From the NCBI GenBank assembly GCA_034226945.1, contig CP120464.1, forward strand, positions 372,001-436,000: a stretch of 64,000 nucleotides of DNA, in the 5' to 3' direction. The notes beneath the pieces were generated by a model. It was given only the letters and a program-made list of their open reading frames with translations, searched no databases and was not told where the DNA came from. This stretch comes from Picochlorum sp. SENEW3 (Eukaryota). Shown one piece after another: positions 1 to 12,903 of the stretch (its first letter is position 1; each line of letters begins with the position of its first letter). Made by a program: the position numbers and the translations under genes.

Positions 1-1093
1 AGTATGGCATCTTTCATCCTGAACGATGCCCACAGCTTTAAGGAACGTGTGAAACTTCTTTTCACTCCCATCAATCTCTGAAAGCTTTGATCTGACTTCC
101 TCGTGGCTCTCAAGTCCTCGAAGCTCCTTTCTAGCTTCAGGAAAATGCCCCATTCGAATAAGGCATGTGGAAGCTCTGATGCTACACTTTACATAGGAAG
201 AGTCCAGCGCCTTGCCCGAAGCACAGTCTTGCAAAGCCTCAATAGGCTTACCCAAAGCTAAATACGAGGCAGCTCTATTGCAGTACAGAAGTGGCAGTCC
301 CATTGCGACATGCAAGTTGGGTGAACACTTTTTCACAGCATAAATGGACCTGGAATACATGATACATGCCATCTTGAAATTCCCCGTTTTAAAAGCCTCA
401 TTCCCTCGTATACGTAACCTTTGGGCCTCAATATCGTACTGTTTGCTTCCCACTGCAGAAACAGGTTTGTCACCTGGTGCTAACACCTTTTCAGCAGATT
501 TCACTACTCTGCGAATATTCCTTCTAAAAGCCTGCTCACGAGGAGCAGGTATCTGGGATTCTTGTGCTCCAAGAATCGGTACATTTGGAATTGAGATCAT
601 GTTCGCTCGATTATACTGAACCTTTCTGTGCAAGCCAAATGTTCGCCTTTCTCTCCCTCTAGTAGGAACGCTATCATCCTTTCCAGGAGAAAACACGGCA
701 GCTTTATTCAAATTCACGGACTTGGAAAACTCGCTGCAAATATTTTCCTGCGAAGCAACTGGCGACCAAGCCATTTCATCTAATCCTGCATGTGCATGCA
801 AATTACAGATCCAGATATTATTGAAACATATGCTTCATGTACACATTGTATTTCTCACCATGGTCCTCAGCAACGGGCTCTGATCCCTCAGCAGGCATGT
901 TATGCTTGTCAAGCCCGCCAATCCTTCCCAAACGGGCTCTCGCATTCTGTATTCGTACAGAGCGCTCCTTCCCCTCCTTCCTGCCCTCCCCCACGACGAA
1001 GGCATGGTTTCCAGATACCCCTTCTCCACCCTCACTCATTCCATTAGAAAACGTATCCCTAGGTTGAATATTAAAACTGCTATCGCCCATCAT
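1..1093 (-). CDS. TPR-repeat protein, DNAJC7/TPR-DnaJ-like (5' part; runs off the window start)
   Basis: Manual translation of the minus strand gives TPR motifs AQRLRIRGNEAFKTGNFKMACIMYSRSI...LLYCNRAASYLALGKPIEALQDC...SIRASTCLIRMGHF. A GT..TGCAG intron lies at about 786-841. The start codon is approximate. Confidence 0.75.
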
Positions 1094-1630
1094 CTGTGCT
1101 CGCAATTTCCCTCGTTCATGGAGTTCGTTGGGCAGTGATGCGTCTCTCAGCCCACAGCACTAGTCCTACACGTGTCCCCAATGCGAAATAATTGATAAAT
1201 TTATTTCAATTTGACGATAAAGTGAAGGAGGGGACAATCTCTGAATGATCTAGGGACGAAACCCTCCTTATATAGAAAAATTAAAAATTTTGACAGGAAC
1301 ATTCAACAAGATTTGTTCACCCCCAGTCGCCTTTATACCGATATTACACCTTCAGTAGTTTCCAGGAATTGCATTAGAGAATCGAAAACCCGTATGACAG
1401 GCAATCAGGATATCAAAGGTTGGTGAACACAGCAAGTGACTACAGCGTGTTGGAATCGCTTAGAATTGGAATTTCTCTCGTCGGTTTTATGCAATAAAAA
1501 TTGAAGATTGAAGAGTGTCTTAGATCGGTTTGTCAGATAGTACAACGAACACGTTGTGCAACAGTGCTTTCGTGGCAAGAATTGGGTGCGGGGAGAACGG
1601 TGACGATAAGATTGATAGCCCAGTTATATA

Positions 1631-3511
1631 ATGGTAGATTCACTTATATTGCCACCTGGGATCAAGTCAGATGCCCGAGTGGGTATTTTGGTGCTGGCCA
1701 TTTTAGGCGAAGTCCTGCAGGGAGGTCTCTTCTTCGGGTGGAGTGCCTTATCAATCATGATAACGGATGAGGGCAACTACGAAGAAGGGTGCGACGAGGC
1801 AGGAGAAGGGATAGATGGTGATACAATCTGCAAGTCTCAGGAAAGTAAATTGGCCTTGCTTTGGACAGTTGGTATTTTTGCTTTGAACTTTGGGCCAGTG
1901 TTGATGGGTTTTGTTTTGGATTATCTTGGCCCTAAATTCACCGCGATACTAGGAGTTTTTCTCAACATGTTAGGTTTGATATTATTTGGAGCCTCATCGT
2001 CAAATGGATTTAATGGCTTCGTTGCAGCAGCAATCATTCTTGGGCTGGGAAACATAACCTTTCATTTGGCTCAATTTCATATTAGTTCTCTCTTCCCAAC
2101 CAAGCGAGGCCTCGTGACAAGTATTTTTGTAGCAGGATTTACGGGATCTGGGATAATGATGTATGTTCTGCAACTGATTTATGAAGCAGCGGGATCAACT
2201 CGGGCAGCATACACCTGGGTTCTGATTGGATATTCATTTATTTGTGGCTTGTGGGCTCCTCTACTGTGGTGGATGATGCCAAATGAATCTTTCAAAGTCG
2301 GCGAAATATATTTGCTGAGAAATGATTGGAAATTCGAAAAGAGGTTGAGAGCTGATCTAGGAAGAACCTATAGGCGAACTACAGCAATGCAGGATTATGT
2401 TGTAGCTGCAAATGCTGCAAGAGAACGAGATAGTCAGATCCAGCAAGCGAACAATATAGCTGCATCATCACAGGAACGTCTTGTGGAAGGAAACAAAACT
2501 AGTTCAGACCCCATTTGGGCAGAAGATGTAGATCGAAGGGTGCACTTTGAAGAAGAGGCAGAAATGGTGAGAGACAATACCACAGAGTCTGTAGTAGACA
2601 AAGTTGCAGGGAGTAGCAATCAAACCGGGGAGTCGTCAACGCATCAAGAAATTCAAGAAGATCAAATACCCCGCCGTTTGGAAGACGCCCAAATCGGCCA
2701 CGAATCAATGCCATTGCCTCCAGATGTGTCATTTGGTCCTCTCATCTTTGAATCTAGAAGATTTGTTGAGCTGCGGAAAAAGACATTCAAAGAGCAATTT
2801 ATGTCAACGGAATCTTTTGGAATGGGAATTTTTTACACCCTGAATGTCTTCTTCCAGCAATTTTATCTCGGTACCCAAAGATTGCAGCTTGAGTCAAAAG
2901 GCGACACAAACCATGCATATGCTGAGTTTGGAAACATCATCGTTGCATTTGCTGCCTTTGCAATTCCATTAATAGCGTGGTTATTGGATAAAAAAGGTTA
3001 TGGTATTACGTTAGGGGCAATAAATGCTCTTTCCATCATTACAGGGGCTTTCCAAGCTCTACCAATGCTGTGGATTCAGGCATTTACATTGATGTTCTGG
3101 ATGATTGGGAGGTTTTTCATGTATAGCAGCTACTTTGCTATATTTGGAGCATTGTTTGGGTTTCGAAATTTTGGGAAGCTCGTTGCGATTGATAATTCCT
3201 TCAACGGGCTGTTTGGCTTGCTGCAGTTCCCCCTTACCTACTTTGCCATCCATGTCTTGGATGGCAATTTCACGGTAATCAACATAGCTCAAGTAATCAT
3301 CATACTTCCTCTGTCGATTTTCTGCTACTATATGTATAAGTGGGAAAGAGAAGATTTGGTGCCCATTAGACCCCTTGAAGGTGAGGAATTGCCCTGTGAT
3401 ATGCTGGGTTATAGAGAGAAGAAAAAACTTCCTGAAGTTCATCTTCCTCATATTGAGTTGCCTAATTTCTTGCATGGAAGGCAAAGCAGAGATGCAGAAC
3501 CGATGTTATGA
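1631..3511 (+). CDS. MFS transporter, SLC43/LAT3-4/FMP42-like
   Basis: Intronless 626 aa ORF with two hydrophobic helix bundles separated by a long hydrophilic loop. It has an N-terminal GGLFFGWSAL motif and MFS motif-A-like GFVLDYLGPK and WLLDKKGYG. Confidence 0.8.
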   Translation: MVDSLILPPGIKSDARVGILVLAILGEVLQGGLFFGWSALSIMITDEGNYEEGCDEAGEGIDGDTICKSQESKLALLWTVGIFALNFGPVLMGFVLDYLGPKFTAILGVFLNMLGLILFGASSSNGFNGFVAAAIILGLGNITFHLAQFHISSLFPTKRGLVTSIFVAGFTGSGIMMYVLQLIYEAAGSTRAAYTWVLIGYSFICGLWAPLLWWMMPNESFKVGEIYLLRNDWKFEKRLRADLGRTYRRTTAMQDYVVAANAARERDSQIQQANNIAASSQERLVEGNKTSSDPIWAEDVDRRVHFEEEAEMVRDNTTESVVDKVAGSSNQTGESSTHQEIQEDQIPRRLEDAQIGHESMPLPPDVSFGPLIFESRRFVELRKKTFKEQFMSTESFGMGIFYTLNVFFQQFYLGTQRLQLESKGDTNHAYAEFGNIIVAFAAFAIPLIAWLLDKKGYGITLGAINALSIITGAFQALPMLWIQAFTLMFWMIGRFFMYSSYFAIFGALFGFRNFGKLVAIDNSFNGLFGLLQFPLTYFAIHVLDGNFTVINIAQVIIILPLSIFCYYMYKWEREDLVPIRPLEGEELPCDMLGYREKKKLPEVHLPHIELPNFLHGRQSRDAEPML

Positions 3512-3553
3512 ACGTTTGTATTGTCTTACTATATTAAAAGACCAATTGTAACA

Positions 3554-6466
3554 TTAAGTATCAAATGGTGATGTGCTGCCAGATGACGAGGCTCCCTCGT
3601 CATTGCTCTTGGTACTTGGCAATTGTCCTTCCTTGAGCAAATTTGCAAATATGGCCAGGCTTCTATTCTCCTGGGGGCTTTCTCGATTCCTACATAAGGC
3701 AAAAGAAAAACACCGACGTTATTAAACGATATGAGGATGTGGTGCATCGAAATCACGAACCCAAAGTATATTGGCCCGGCATCCTCGCCTTCACTGTTCC
3801 TATACTCCTCCTTGGTATCAGCCTCCTCCTCCTTAATCGTAGTCGTGTTCTGCTCAGTTTCCTCCACATCCGATTTTTGTTCTATTATAATCTCGTTACT
3901 TCTCTCTTCGGTGGAAATAGGCACTCCAGGGCTTTCGGGAACCTCCACAGAGGAATTATCAATTTGTGCCTCTGCAGTTTTCTCCCAAAAATCACTTGGC
4001 AAAGGTGTGAATGTCAAAGAAGAGGTCTTTGGAAGGGTATCTGTTCCGATAGCTGCAGAATATCGATGCAAATCGTTCGCCTGTACTGTGAATTCATTGC
4101 GATCGATGTCATCTACCTCTCTAAAACGATCCTTACCAGGCAGTGCTGGATGCAGGGCAGCTGCATGAGGAAGGGAATTGCCCGTATCAGACATATCCTT
4201 TGAATATTTCTCCAGAGCTTTCCATCGTATGTTTCGCTTATCTTTACTTTCTGTGATGCTAGTAGATAAATCTTTCCTATACCTATCCAAATTTGGAATG
4301 TCATGCTCGACACTTGGAGCTGTGTGGAATGACTTGCTGCTCTTTCCAACAATCATATCCCTTCCTGGCCCCGTAGAACCTTGTTTCTCCTGTTCGCTCA
4401 AGGGTGGAGGAGGGAAATTATCCATCCCTTGAGATTTGATGACATCATGAAAGTGTTGCCATCGTATCCTTGGTTTCCGATCCAATGACTTTCCTGGATG
4501 TTTCACCATTGGCATGAAGCCATACCCATACCTGACATGACCTTGAACTCTGTAGGTTCTCTGTCGCAATATATTCAGGCCGCTTGTAATGATATATGCG
4601 TTGATCACAACTACAATTTCTGCATTTGAGTCTGCTGCTAGTCCTCCTGGCTCTGTCCAAGATCTCAGAGGAGACTTCTCATCAATTTCATGGGTCACAA
4701 TTGTGGGCAAGCGCAGATGAATTCTATCCGAACCGTTCCTATACCCGCACTGCAATGTAATATTCATCACAAATTTTCATTAAAATGTTGTGCACATGAA
4801 AATATGGGCATCGAGAAACGTACGGCCAACATTATCTGCTCAAAAGATTCACCTGCAGGTGCCGTTCCGGAACCTGGTACATCTGCAACCTTCTTCCAAC
4901 GATACAGGTACATTTTAGCCGTAATCTCCAACATTTGATTGGGATAAGTGTCTCCAACTCGGCAATAAACACACAGATTTCCTCTTTCGTTTGGACAAAC
5001 ACACAATACATCGGACAGCACCAGCGTGTTGTCCCCTAACAGAGGATATGGCACTGTCCTTTTCGCTCTGTTCACGACAAACTGACTCAGCTCGTCTTTC
5101 GGCATCTCAGGAAGACCTTTATGGGGCTCTATTCCATGGAAAGAATTCAAATCGACAACATAAGGTTCTGCACCTGATGGAACCTTGACAACATTCTTAA
5201 ACTGATATCCCCAGAAGATCTCTTCTGGTATATATGATCTTCTCGTCATGAAAGGATTTCCCATCTGCACAATATATCATATTGAATATACACCACATAC
5301 AAAGGTGCATGTATCATAGCCAAGTGCGTACCTCTGTTGTACCTTCAAACGTCACCACAATTTCTGAATTCATCTGAACAAGGGACCCATGTGTATGGCC
5401 ACATAAAGGAGACCTCTCATCAATCGTATGCTCAATAATCAAAGGAAGCAAAAGCATTCCATCGATGTAATCAAGCTCAATTGGTTCCACCCTCACAGGG
5501 ATCCTCTCACTCTCTGCAGTGATTCGACCTTCACCCCACGTGTAAAGATATGCTCGCACCTTGGGCTCTACCACCTGTGCATTCCTCACATCGGCTATAC
5601 GAAACATAAACTTCAAAATACCATCACGCCGAGAAATGACTGCTTTGTTTGATATAAAAATAGATCGAGATCGCTGATGCGGGTGGGAAATCTTTGCAAA
5701 AATGATACCTAGCACTATTGCATCCAGAACAATCCCAACAACAGACTGAATGATGACCAGCCAAGTTGCCACCCAACACGAATCTGGTGCAGTATTTCCA
5801 TAACCAATCGTCATTTGAGTGATGACAGAAAATAACAGAGCGTCAACATATGACTGATCCGGCCCAGAGAAGCACGATGGGTTCTTGAGCATCACCAGCC
5901 ACCACCAACCTGACCAAAAGAAGAAGATGACAATAAACATGGCCATTGTCATCACAACCAGCCACATGATATGAAGTTGAACCATCGATATAAAAAAATC
6001 TACAGTCGAAAGCAACGGGATGACAAGAGTCCTTCAGACAGGAAGAATGCCAGTACAGTCATCTTCATACCTTTGGTAATCAAGTGAAGAGGAATATTTG
6101 CTCCTCTGTACTGCACTCGAGATTCACCAATATCCCTGCACGCATAGTGGCATACATACGTCTCTCTGGACCGACAGCCCCATCCCAATACTCGTAAAGA
6201 CAACGTACAAATCTTGCCCTACGTCCACCAACGTTGCCCGACGAGACCTCCTCAGTTTTGTCTCATACCGAGGCTCCCCCATATTGGGGTTTGGCATGTA
6301 GTATTCATCAAAATTCCAAAAAGCATCACCAGATTCTCTGCATCAAGAAGATCGAATATGGCAAACCACAACATCCATGCAATTATTCAGCCAGTGAAAC
6401 GCACTCTCGGGTCTGGGGCATCGTAGACCCCTTCCTAGACCTCAAATATTTCTTCAATCTATCCAT
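3554..6466 (-). CDS. Inward-rectifier (Kir-type) potassium channel with a second cytoplasmic Kir domain; multi-exon
   Basis: TM1, pore (FSVITQMTIGYG) and TM2 are followed by Kir C-domain motifs MFRIADVR, HTIDERSPL, EIVVTFEG and SYIPEEIFWGYQF. Exons join via GT-AG introns from the ATG at 6466 to a TAA at 3554 (3529 if the last intron is not spliced). Confidence 0.9.
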
Positions 6467-6605
6467 AGTTTACCCTCTATCGTATCATAAGGTATTATGC
6501 GAGTCGAGAAGTTTCAATCATGGCACCGACTGAAAGTGGACACGTTCGAATACAACCCCACCCAGCTACAACTACGTATTTTACTTATATAAATAAAAAT
6601 TATTT

Positions 6606-7689
6606 TCATTCTTTGTGTTGCCAGAGGATTTTTAGGAAATCAGCCCTAAACATCTCACTGGCATGAATTCCATGCTCAAGGCTGAGACGAGCTGTCTGGC
6701 CTATGGATTCTGTTGATATCATCATTTGCATCCTCGACAACACCTTGATGGACTGAGCGATACGAGCAATTGATTCCAACAAAGAAGCGTCATCAATGTC
6801 AGCATCGGCACTGTCACCGATTGCATCAGTTGATGGGATGCCCACCCAGATCAGACCATTACACCCAAGGATAATGCCCACTCCATACTCATCAAACGTC
6901 GCCATATGCTGTCGTTGCCGCTTCACTAGGCAAGCAGATACTTCTACCAACTGTCCATGTTTCAAAAGACCGTATCGTGTACTTCTTGTATGAAGCAGCA
7001 CCACACCATCCTGGTGAACTGCCTGTACTTCAGCCTGCATGGACACACACCCAATGAATCACATGTATATATATAGCATTTGATACTGACGTACCGAAAC
7101 TAGATCCCCCTCTTTGAATATTTCTCTCATCTGCAGCTCATCCTCAGCTGTTCTCCTTCGCTGAATACCTCCTGGTAAACTTACAGCTGAGAGCATCAAC
7201 TGAGCCTCCTGTTTGGCCTGCAAATCTATCCTCCATCTCTTCCCTCCAATCTACACATCAGGTGCATACAGTAGGTTCCAATCCCCATTCGGTTATACAT
7301 ATACATGGATATACTCCAGGAGTTTCCTGGAGTCAAACACACCTCTGTCACCCTGCCAACAACGACGTCACCAACCTCTGCTCCATACCGCCGATGCAAT
7401 GTCTTGACTGTTATTAATTTATTCACTCTCTCTACAACTCCGCATACAGTGGCAACAAGCGTATCGTCTCTCACCAGGGTACCGTGACCTCTGCATGACA
7501 CATGTGTCTGGGTTAGTATCGCATGAATTGAGCCTGGATTCCTCTCTCAATGATATACCTGAGAGTATTTTCTTCGAAATTTTCGATGCTATCCCCAACG
7601 CTGACACAGACTGCATTGCTTGGTGCATCGCTAATAGACTCGGCAATAATCTGCCTGGGAGCATTCTCCACCAAGCGATGGATCTTCAT
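6606..7689 (-). CDS. RRP4: Exosome complex component RRP4 (S1+KH)
   Basis: Motifs RGHGT, VCGVVERVNKL, RYGAEVGDVVVGRVTEV, AEVQ, LHTRSTRYG and ILGCNGLIW; three introns. Confidence 0.93.
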
Positions 7690-7808
7690 TGTTTACTGCT
7701 ACAATTTGTTATATATATTCATATGGCCATCCCATTGAGGATCATGTGAGTCATTGTATCAGTGAGATCTCTTACTAAGAGATCTATAGTTATTTTTCAG
7801 AAGAAAAT

Positions 7809-7823
7809 AGAGAGAGAGAGAGA
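7809..7823. repeat. (AG)n microsatellite in the divergent RRP4/ALG3 promoter gap
   Basis: Run agagagagagagaga read directly from the sequence. Confidence 0.7.
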
Positions 7824-7891
7824 ATTTCAGAGGGCGAGCAAAAGCGTGTCTATATGTGTGGAATGAATCTGAAATATTCATGGAATAAAAC

Positions 7892-9246
7892 ATGGCGAAG
7901 AAATCAAAAGGAAAGCATGGGTGGTTGGATCGGACGGTGGAAGAGTTGACAAATTCAAAAAATACCAAGGCTGCTTGGGCTCTAGCGTCGATATTGCTGT
8001 TAGGGGAGGCTGTTTTACTAGGTTTAATAATACATAGAGTTCCATGTACGTCGATGTATGTTATATGAGGATCGAAGGGAGACGTTTGCTACAGGAAGCT
8101 TTTCCAACTGCAGATACTGAGATTGACTGGGTGGCGTATATGCAAGAAGTGGAGGGATATGAACAGGGGGAGACAGATTATACAAAGTTGCGTGGGGATA
8201 CGGGTCCTTTGGTGTATCCGGCAGGTTTTGTTCATATATTCCTGTGGCTGAAGAATGTGACTGGTGGGGAGATTTTTCCAGCACAGATTATATTTGGAAT
8301 CTTGTATCTTTTGACTCAATTGGTTGTGATGGCGATATACATACAGTCAAAGTCCTTGCCACCTCTAGGTTTGGTGTTGCTTTGTCTGTCGAGGCGTTTG
8401 CATTCGATATTTGTCCTGAGATTGTTCAATGACTGTTGGGCCATGTTTTTTGCATACCTTGGGGTATTTTTGCTCCAGTGTCGGAGAGTGCCGGCTGCTA
8501 TATTCCTCTTTAGTGTTGCAGTTTCTATTAAAATGAATGTTCTTCTCTTCGCTCCGGGGGTTTTGGCGGTGGTTTTGAGGATATCTGACATCAAGGAAAC
8601 TGCCAAGGGTGTTGTTGCAGGGGTGATGTTTCAAATAGCAGTTGCTCTTCCATTCCTGTGGCACCATCCGTGGTCATATGTGACGAAAGCATTCGAATTC
8701 TCGCGGGTATTTATGTATACATGGACGGTCAATTGGAAGTTCATCCCTGAGGAATGGTTTCTATCAAAGCAATTTTCCATTTTTCTGCTGATGGTCCATC
8801 TTAGACTGCTCTGGGCTCTAGTGCAATACCGCTGGTTTGTAGGTACGAGTCTGCACTCTGCAGTTCGTAAATTCTTTTTCATCGATGGAGATGATAACGA
8901 TGATGGTGCACAAGGATCGGTATTCGTAAACAAAGATGCGATTGCCTCTACTGTGTTCATATCCAACTTTGTGGGGATTCTCTCTGCGAGGAGCTTGCAT
9001 TATCAGTTCTACTCTTGGTATTTCCATACCATCCCGTTTTTGCTTCTCAGAACAAGTATATCGTTTCCCTTAAAGTTACTCTTGTTCTGTGGTATCGAAA
9101 TCGTCTGGAATATATTCCCAAGCACAGCAATATCCTCTGGAGTGCTGCTCATGTCTCATGTGTCAATGATGTACAGTTATTGGAAATACCCTGCACCGTA
9201 TCCTCTTCAGGTCAAGGCGATTAGTAAAAGACCGAAAAAGAATTGA
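7892..9246 (+). CDS. ALG3: Dol-P-Man:Man5GlcNAc2-PP-Dol alpha-1,3-mannosyltransferase
   Basis: Motifs YTEIDWVAYM, GDTGPLVYPAG, HSIFVLRLFND, SIKMN, WTVNWKF and RSLHYQFYSWY. The first exon starts at the ATG at 7892, with an intron at about 8047-8113. Confidence 0.95.
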
Positions 9247-9325
9247 TAACACACGTGTAAGAACAGAAATTAACGCTATTAAGATTTAGAGCTGTGCTCA
9301 AGGTTGCATGTCATTTTGAAACAGG

Positions 9326-12300
9326 ATGGAGGAGACAGAAGAGGGCTTAGCCCTTGCTGCTGCAGCAAGAGAGAAAATCAGAAGCAATAAAAGGCAGCTT
9401 GATGGGCAGGTACGAGGCGTATCTAGGAATGATCTTGGTTGTATGCGTGGGACTTGTTGTCTTCCACTCTCAATGCGATGTTCTGAGATAAATCACCGCA
9501 TTCTAATTGCGTAGATGGATGAAAATGGGGTGAAGAAAGCACTTGTATCAGCTACACCTACACCGTGTCGGCATATGGTTGCCACACCGAAGAACTGGTC
9601 TGAGTCTACTGACTTGGACTCTGCCATTCATGGGACACTGGAACAGCCTGCATGGTCGGGGCCGATGGCAAAGTCATATCCATTCACACTGGATACATTT
9701 CAGAGTACATCTATAAGCTGCATAGTGCGTGTATTTGGCGTGATGGTCTGAAGCTCTTTGTCAAATGTTTTGATTGGTTTATTGTTGAATGCAGGAGAGA
9801 AATGAATCTGTTCTTGTTGCAGCGCACACTTCAGCGGGTAAGACCGTGGTGGCTGAATATGCGATTGCAAAATCTCTGAACAATAAACAACGAGTGGTCT
9901 ACACATCTCCATTAAAAGCGCTGAGTAATCAAAAATTCAGGGAATTGAGTGAAGAGTTTGGCAGTGTGGGTTTGATGACTGGAGATGTTACGCTGAATGA
10001 AAATGCACAATGTGTGGTTATGACGACTGAAATTCTCAGGTCTATGATATATAGAGGCGCAGATGTGTTGAGGGAAGTTGCATGGGTAATCTTTGATGAA
10101 GTTCATTACATGCAAGATAGAGAAAGAGGGGTTGTCTGGGAAGAGGTGATCATATCTCTGTCTCATGCGACGCGTATGGTATTTTTGTCAGCAACGCTGC
10201 CAAATTGTTTTCAGTTTGGTGAATGGGTCACCTCATTGCATGGATCACCGTGCCATGTGGTCATAACAGACTATAGGCCTACTCCATTAGTACACTATGG
10301 GTTTCCTGTTGGTGGATCGGGTCTTTATTTGGTATGTCTCTTGAATGGATATATGAATTATGATAAGTGCATGATGTATTTTGTTTGTTGCAGCTTGCTG
10401 ATAGTAGATCAAAATTTAAGGAAGAAAACTTTGACAAGATGAAAATGGATTTTCCAAAGGATTCGCCAATATGGCTTGATGATTCATCTGATGGTCAGGT
10501 CGCTCCTTTAGAAAAGTCAAAAGGAACTAAAGAACACAAAATGCAAGCACCATCAATTGAAAAGGAACTCAGAAGACTCATTTTAGTGCTCAAAAATAGA
10601 GAATTATATCCTTGCATTGTCTTCAGTTTTAGCAGAAGGGAATGTGAAGCCTATGCGCAATTTATTGCATGTCCGCAAAAGAAAAAGCAAAAAAGTGACG
10701 AACCAGATGATTTGATTGATTTGAACTCAGAAGAAGAGAAGGCGGCTGTCCAGAGCATATTTGATGCTGCTCTGCAGTGTCTAGATGAGCAGGATAGAAA
10801 CTTGCCTTGTATTGAGTCGATGCTACCTATGCTCCTGAGAGGCGTAGGAGTTCATCATTCTGGACTTTTACCGATTCTTAAAGAAATAGTTGAATTGTTA
10901 TTTCAAGAGAACTTGGTCAAGTGTCTCTTCTCGACAGAAACATTTGCCATGGGCTTGAATATGCCTGCCAAAACTGTTGTTTTCACATCTCTAACCAAGT
11001 GGGATGGTCAGATGACACGACCACTGTCTAGTGGTGAGTATATTCAAATGAGTGGTAGAGCTGGGCGAAGAGGAAAAGACGACCGTGGTTTTACCATGTT
11101 GATGATTGATCAGAATTTGACAAAGGCTGACTGCAAGGAAATGCTCAAGGGTGAAGCATCTCGTTTGAACTCATCATTCAAATTGTCCTATTACACATTG
11201 CTGAATCTAATTAGAAGTAGATCTTTGGGTAGAAAAGATGATATGGAATATGTCATTTCAAAGTCTTTCCAACAGTTTCAGCATGAGCAGGCGGTGCCAA
11301 ACATACAGAGTGAGGTAGACAGTATCAGAGAAAAGGCAAAAGCACTGACTCTATCCCAAGAGGAGATTGAAGAGTTTAATGAAAGTCAAAGGCTTTTTAG
11401 GGAAGTTCAGAAAAGAAAAATGGGCCATCTTTTGAATCCAAACGCTTGCTTGCATCTTCTCCGCCCAGGTAGGATTGTCAGGGTATATGCTGGTGATACA
11501 GACTGGCATTATGGCGTTCTTCTTCGATTGCGAAGGATTGAGGATTCTCAAATTTCAGATCCAAAGAATTATGTAGCAGACGTTATGCTGTCTTGTGCTA
11601 TTGATGGAAATTCAACATTTCCCTGCTCTTTTGAGGATACACGTAGCTCAATGCTTGTAGTTCCTGTTCCTCTGCCTAGCATTTCTGAAATCAGTTGTCT
11701 GAGAATCACGCTTCCCTCTAATTTGAAGGATATAAAGGCGAAAAAGAGCGTCAAGAATACATTGAAGTCTCTTATGAGCAAATACCCTGCTCAAAAGCTA
11801 CCTCAGTTAGATCCTTTGGCAGATTTCAATGTGGTTGAGAGGGATACCAAAGAGTTAGAAAAGATCTTAGATGAGGAGAAGCAAGTAGCTTCTCGAATAG
11901 AAATTTTAGAGGTGTGGCAGGTGATACTATTCCTCATGAGTGATCGATACACTGACAATTTATTCCAACACTTGCAGGAGAAATATGGGCAGGGTCTTTC
12001 AGTACAGTTAAGAGAAGCAGCACAACTGCAGAACATTGCGTCAAAGAAAGAGCTTGAGATATCTAGATCCCCACTAAAAAAGTTTGAAGAGGAATTCAAA
12101 CAAAGGAAAGACGTTCTTCGTAAACTTGGTCACATTGACGAAGACGACACAGTGACCTTGAAAGGTAGGGCGGCTAGTCAAATTGATACAGGTGATGAAC
12201 TTCTGATTACAGAGCTCATGTTTGACGGGACTTTTGGTTCACTAGATGAGCATGAATTGGCCTCACTTCTATCATGCATGGTGCCAGTGGAAAATTCTCA

Positions 12301-12898
12301 GGTATGACAGCAAGATTGGAAGCTGGAAAATCAAAATACTCCATTGTATATACATTTTCTATTTCATGCAGGGGAGTCCAAAATTGCCTCTTCGACTGAG
12401 TAATGCGCTTGTGAGGCTCAGGCAGGTTGCAGACCATATATTCAATGTATCAACAGAATGCAAGCTAGAAATGGAATTGGATAGTATGTTCACATAAGTT
12501 GACCTGGCATCTTGTCCTACATGATAGTAACTATATTTTCCTACTGCTGTGTAGAGGATAAGTATGTAGATCAGTTTCGACCGACTCTCATGGAGGTCGT
12601 CTACCTGTGGAGCAAAGGAATGCCTTTTCAAACGGTGTGCGATGCTACCGATGTGTTTGAAGGTAGCATTGTTAGGTGCGTTGGATTGCCAGAGTTGCAT
12701 TTTACCTGCTTGCAAAATCAGAAATTTTTTCATATATGAGTAAATTACTATAGGGCATTAAGGAGACTATACGAGCTAATGGATAGCTTGGATCTAGCAG
12801 CACAGGTGGTTGGTGACACTGGCCTCTCTGAGAGATTCAGAAAGAGCAAAGAGAGCATTCGAAAAGGACTTCCATTTGCTGCCTCATTATACATTTAG
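9326..12898 (+). CDS. MTR4: Ski2-like DExH RNA helicase MTR4/HEN2
   Basis: Motifs [39 protein letters not shown], a KOW/arch region and C-terminal FAASLYI*; several short introns. MTR4 versus HEN2 is not resolved. Confidence 0.9.
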
Positions 12899-12903
12899 AG
12901 AGC

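Noticed and set aside
6606..12898. RRP4 and MTR4 (also MSH2/MSH1, PP6/PP1) as functional gene clusters
   Set aside because: Unrelated genes separate them, and such proximity is plausible by chance at about one gene per 2 kb.
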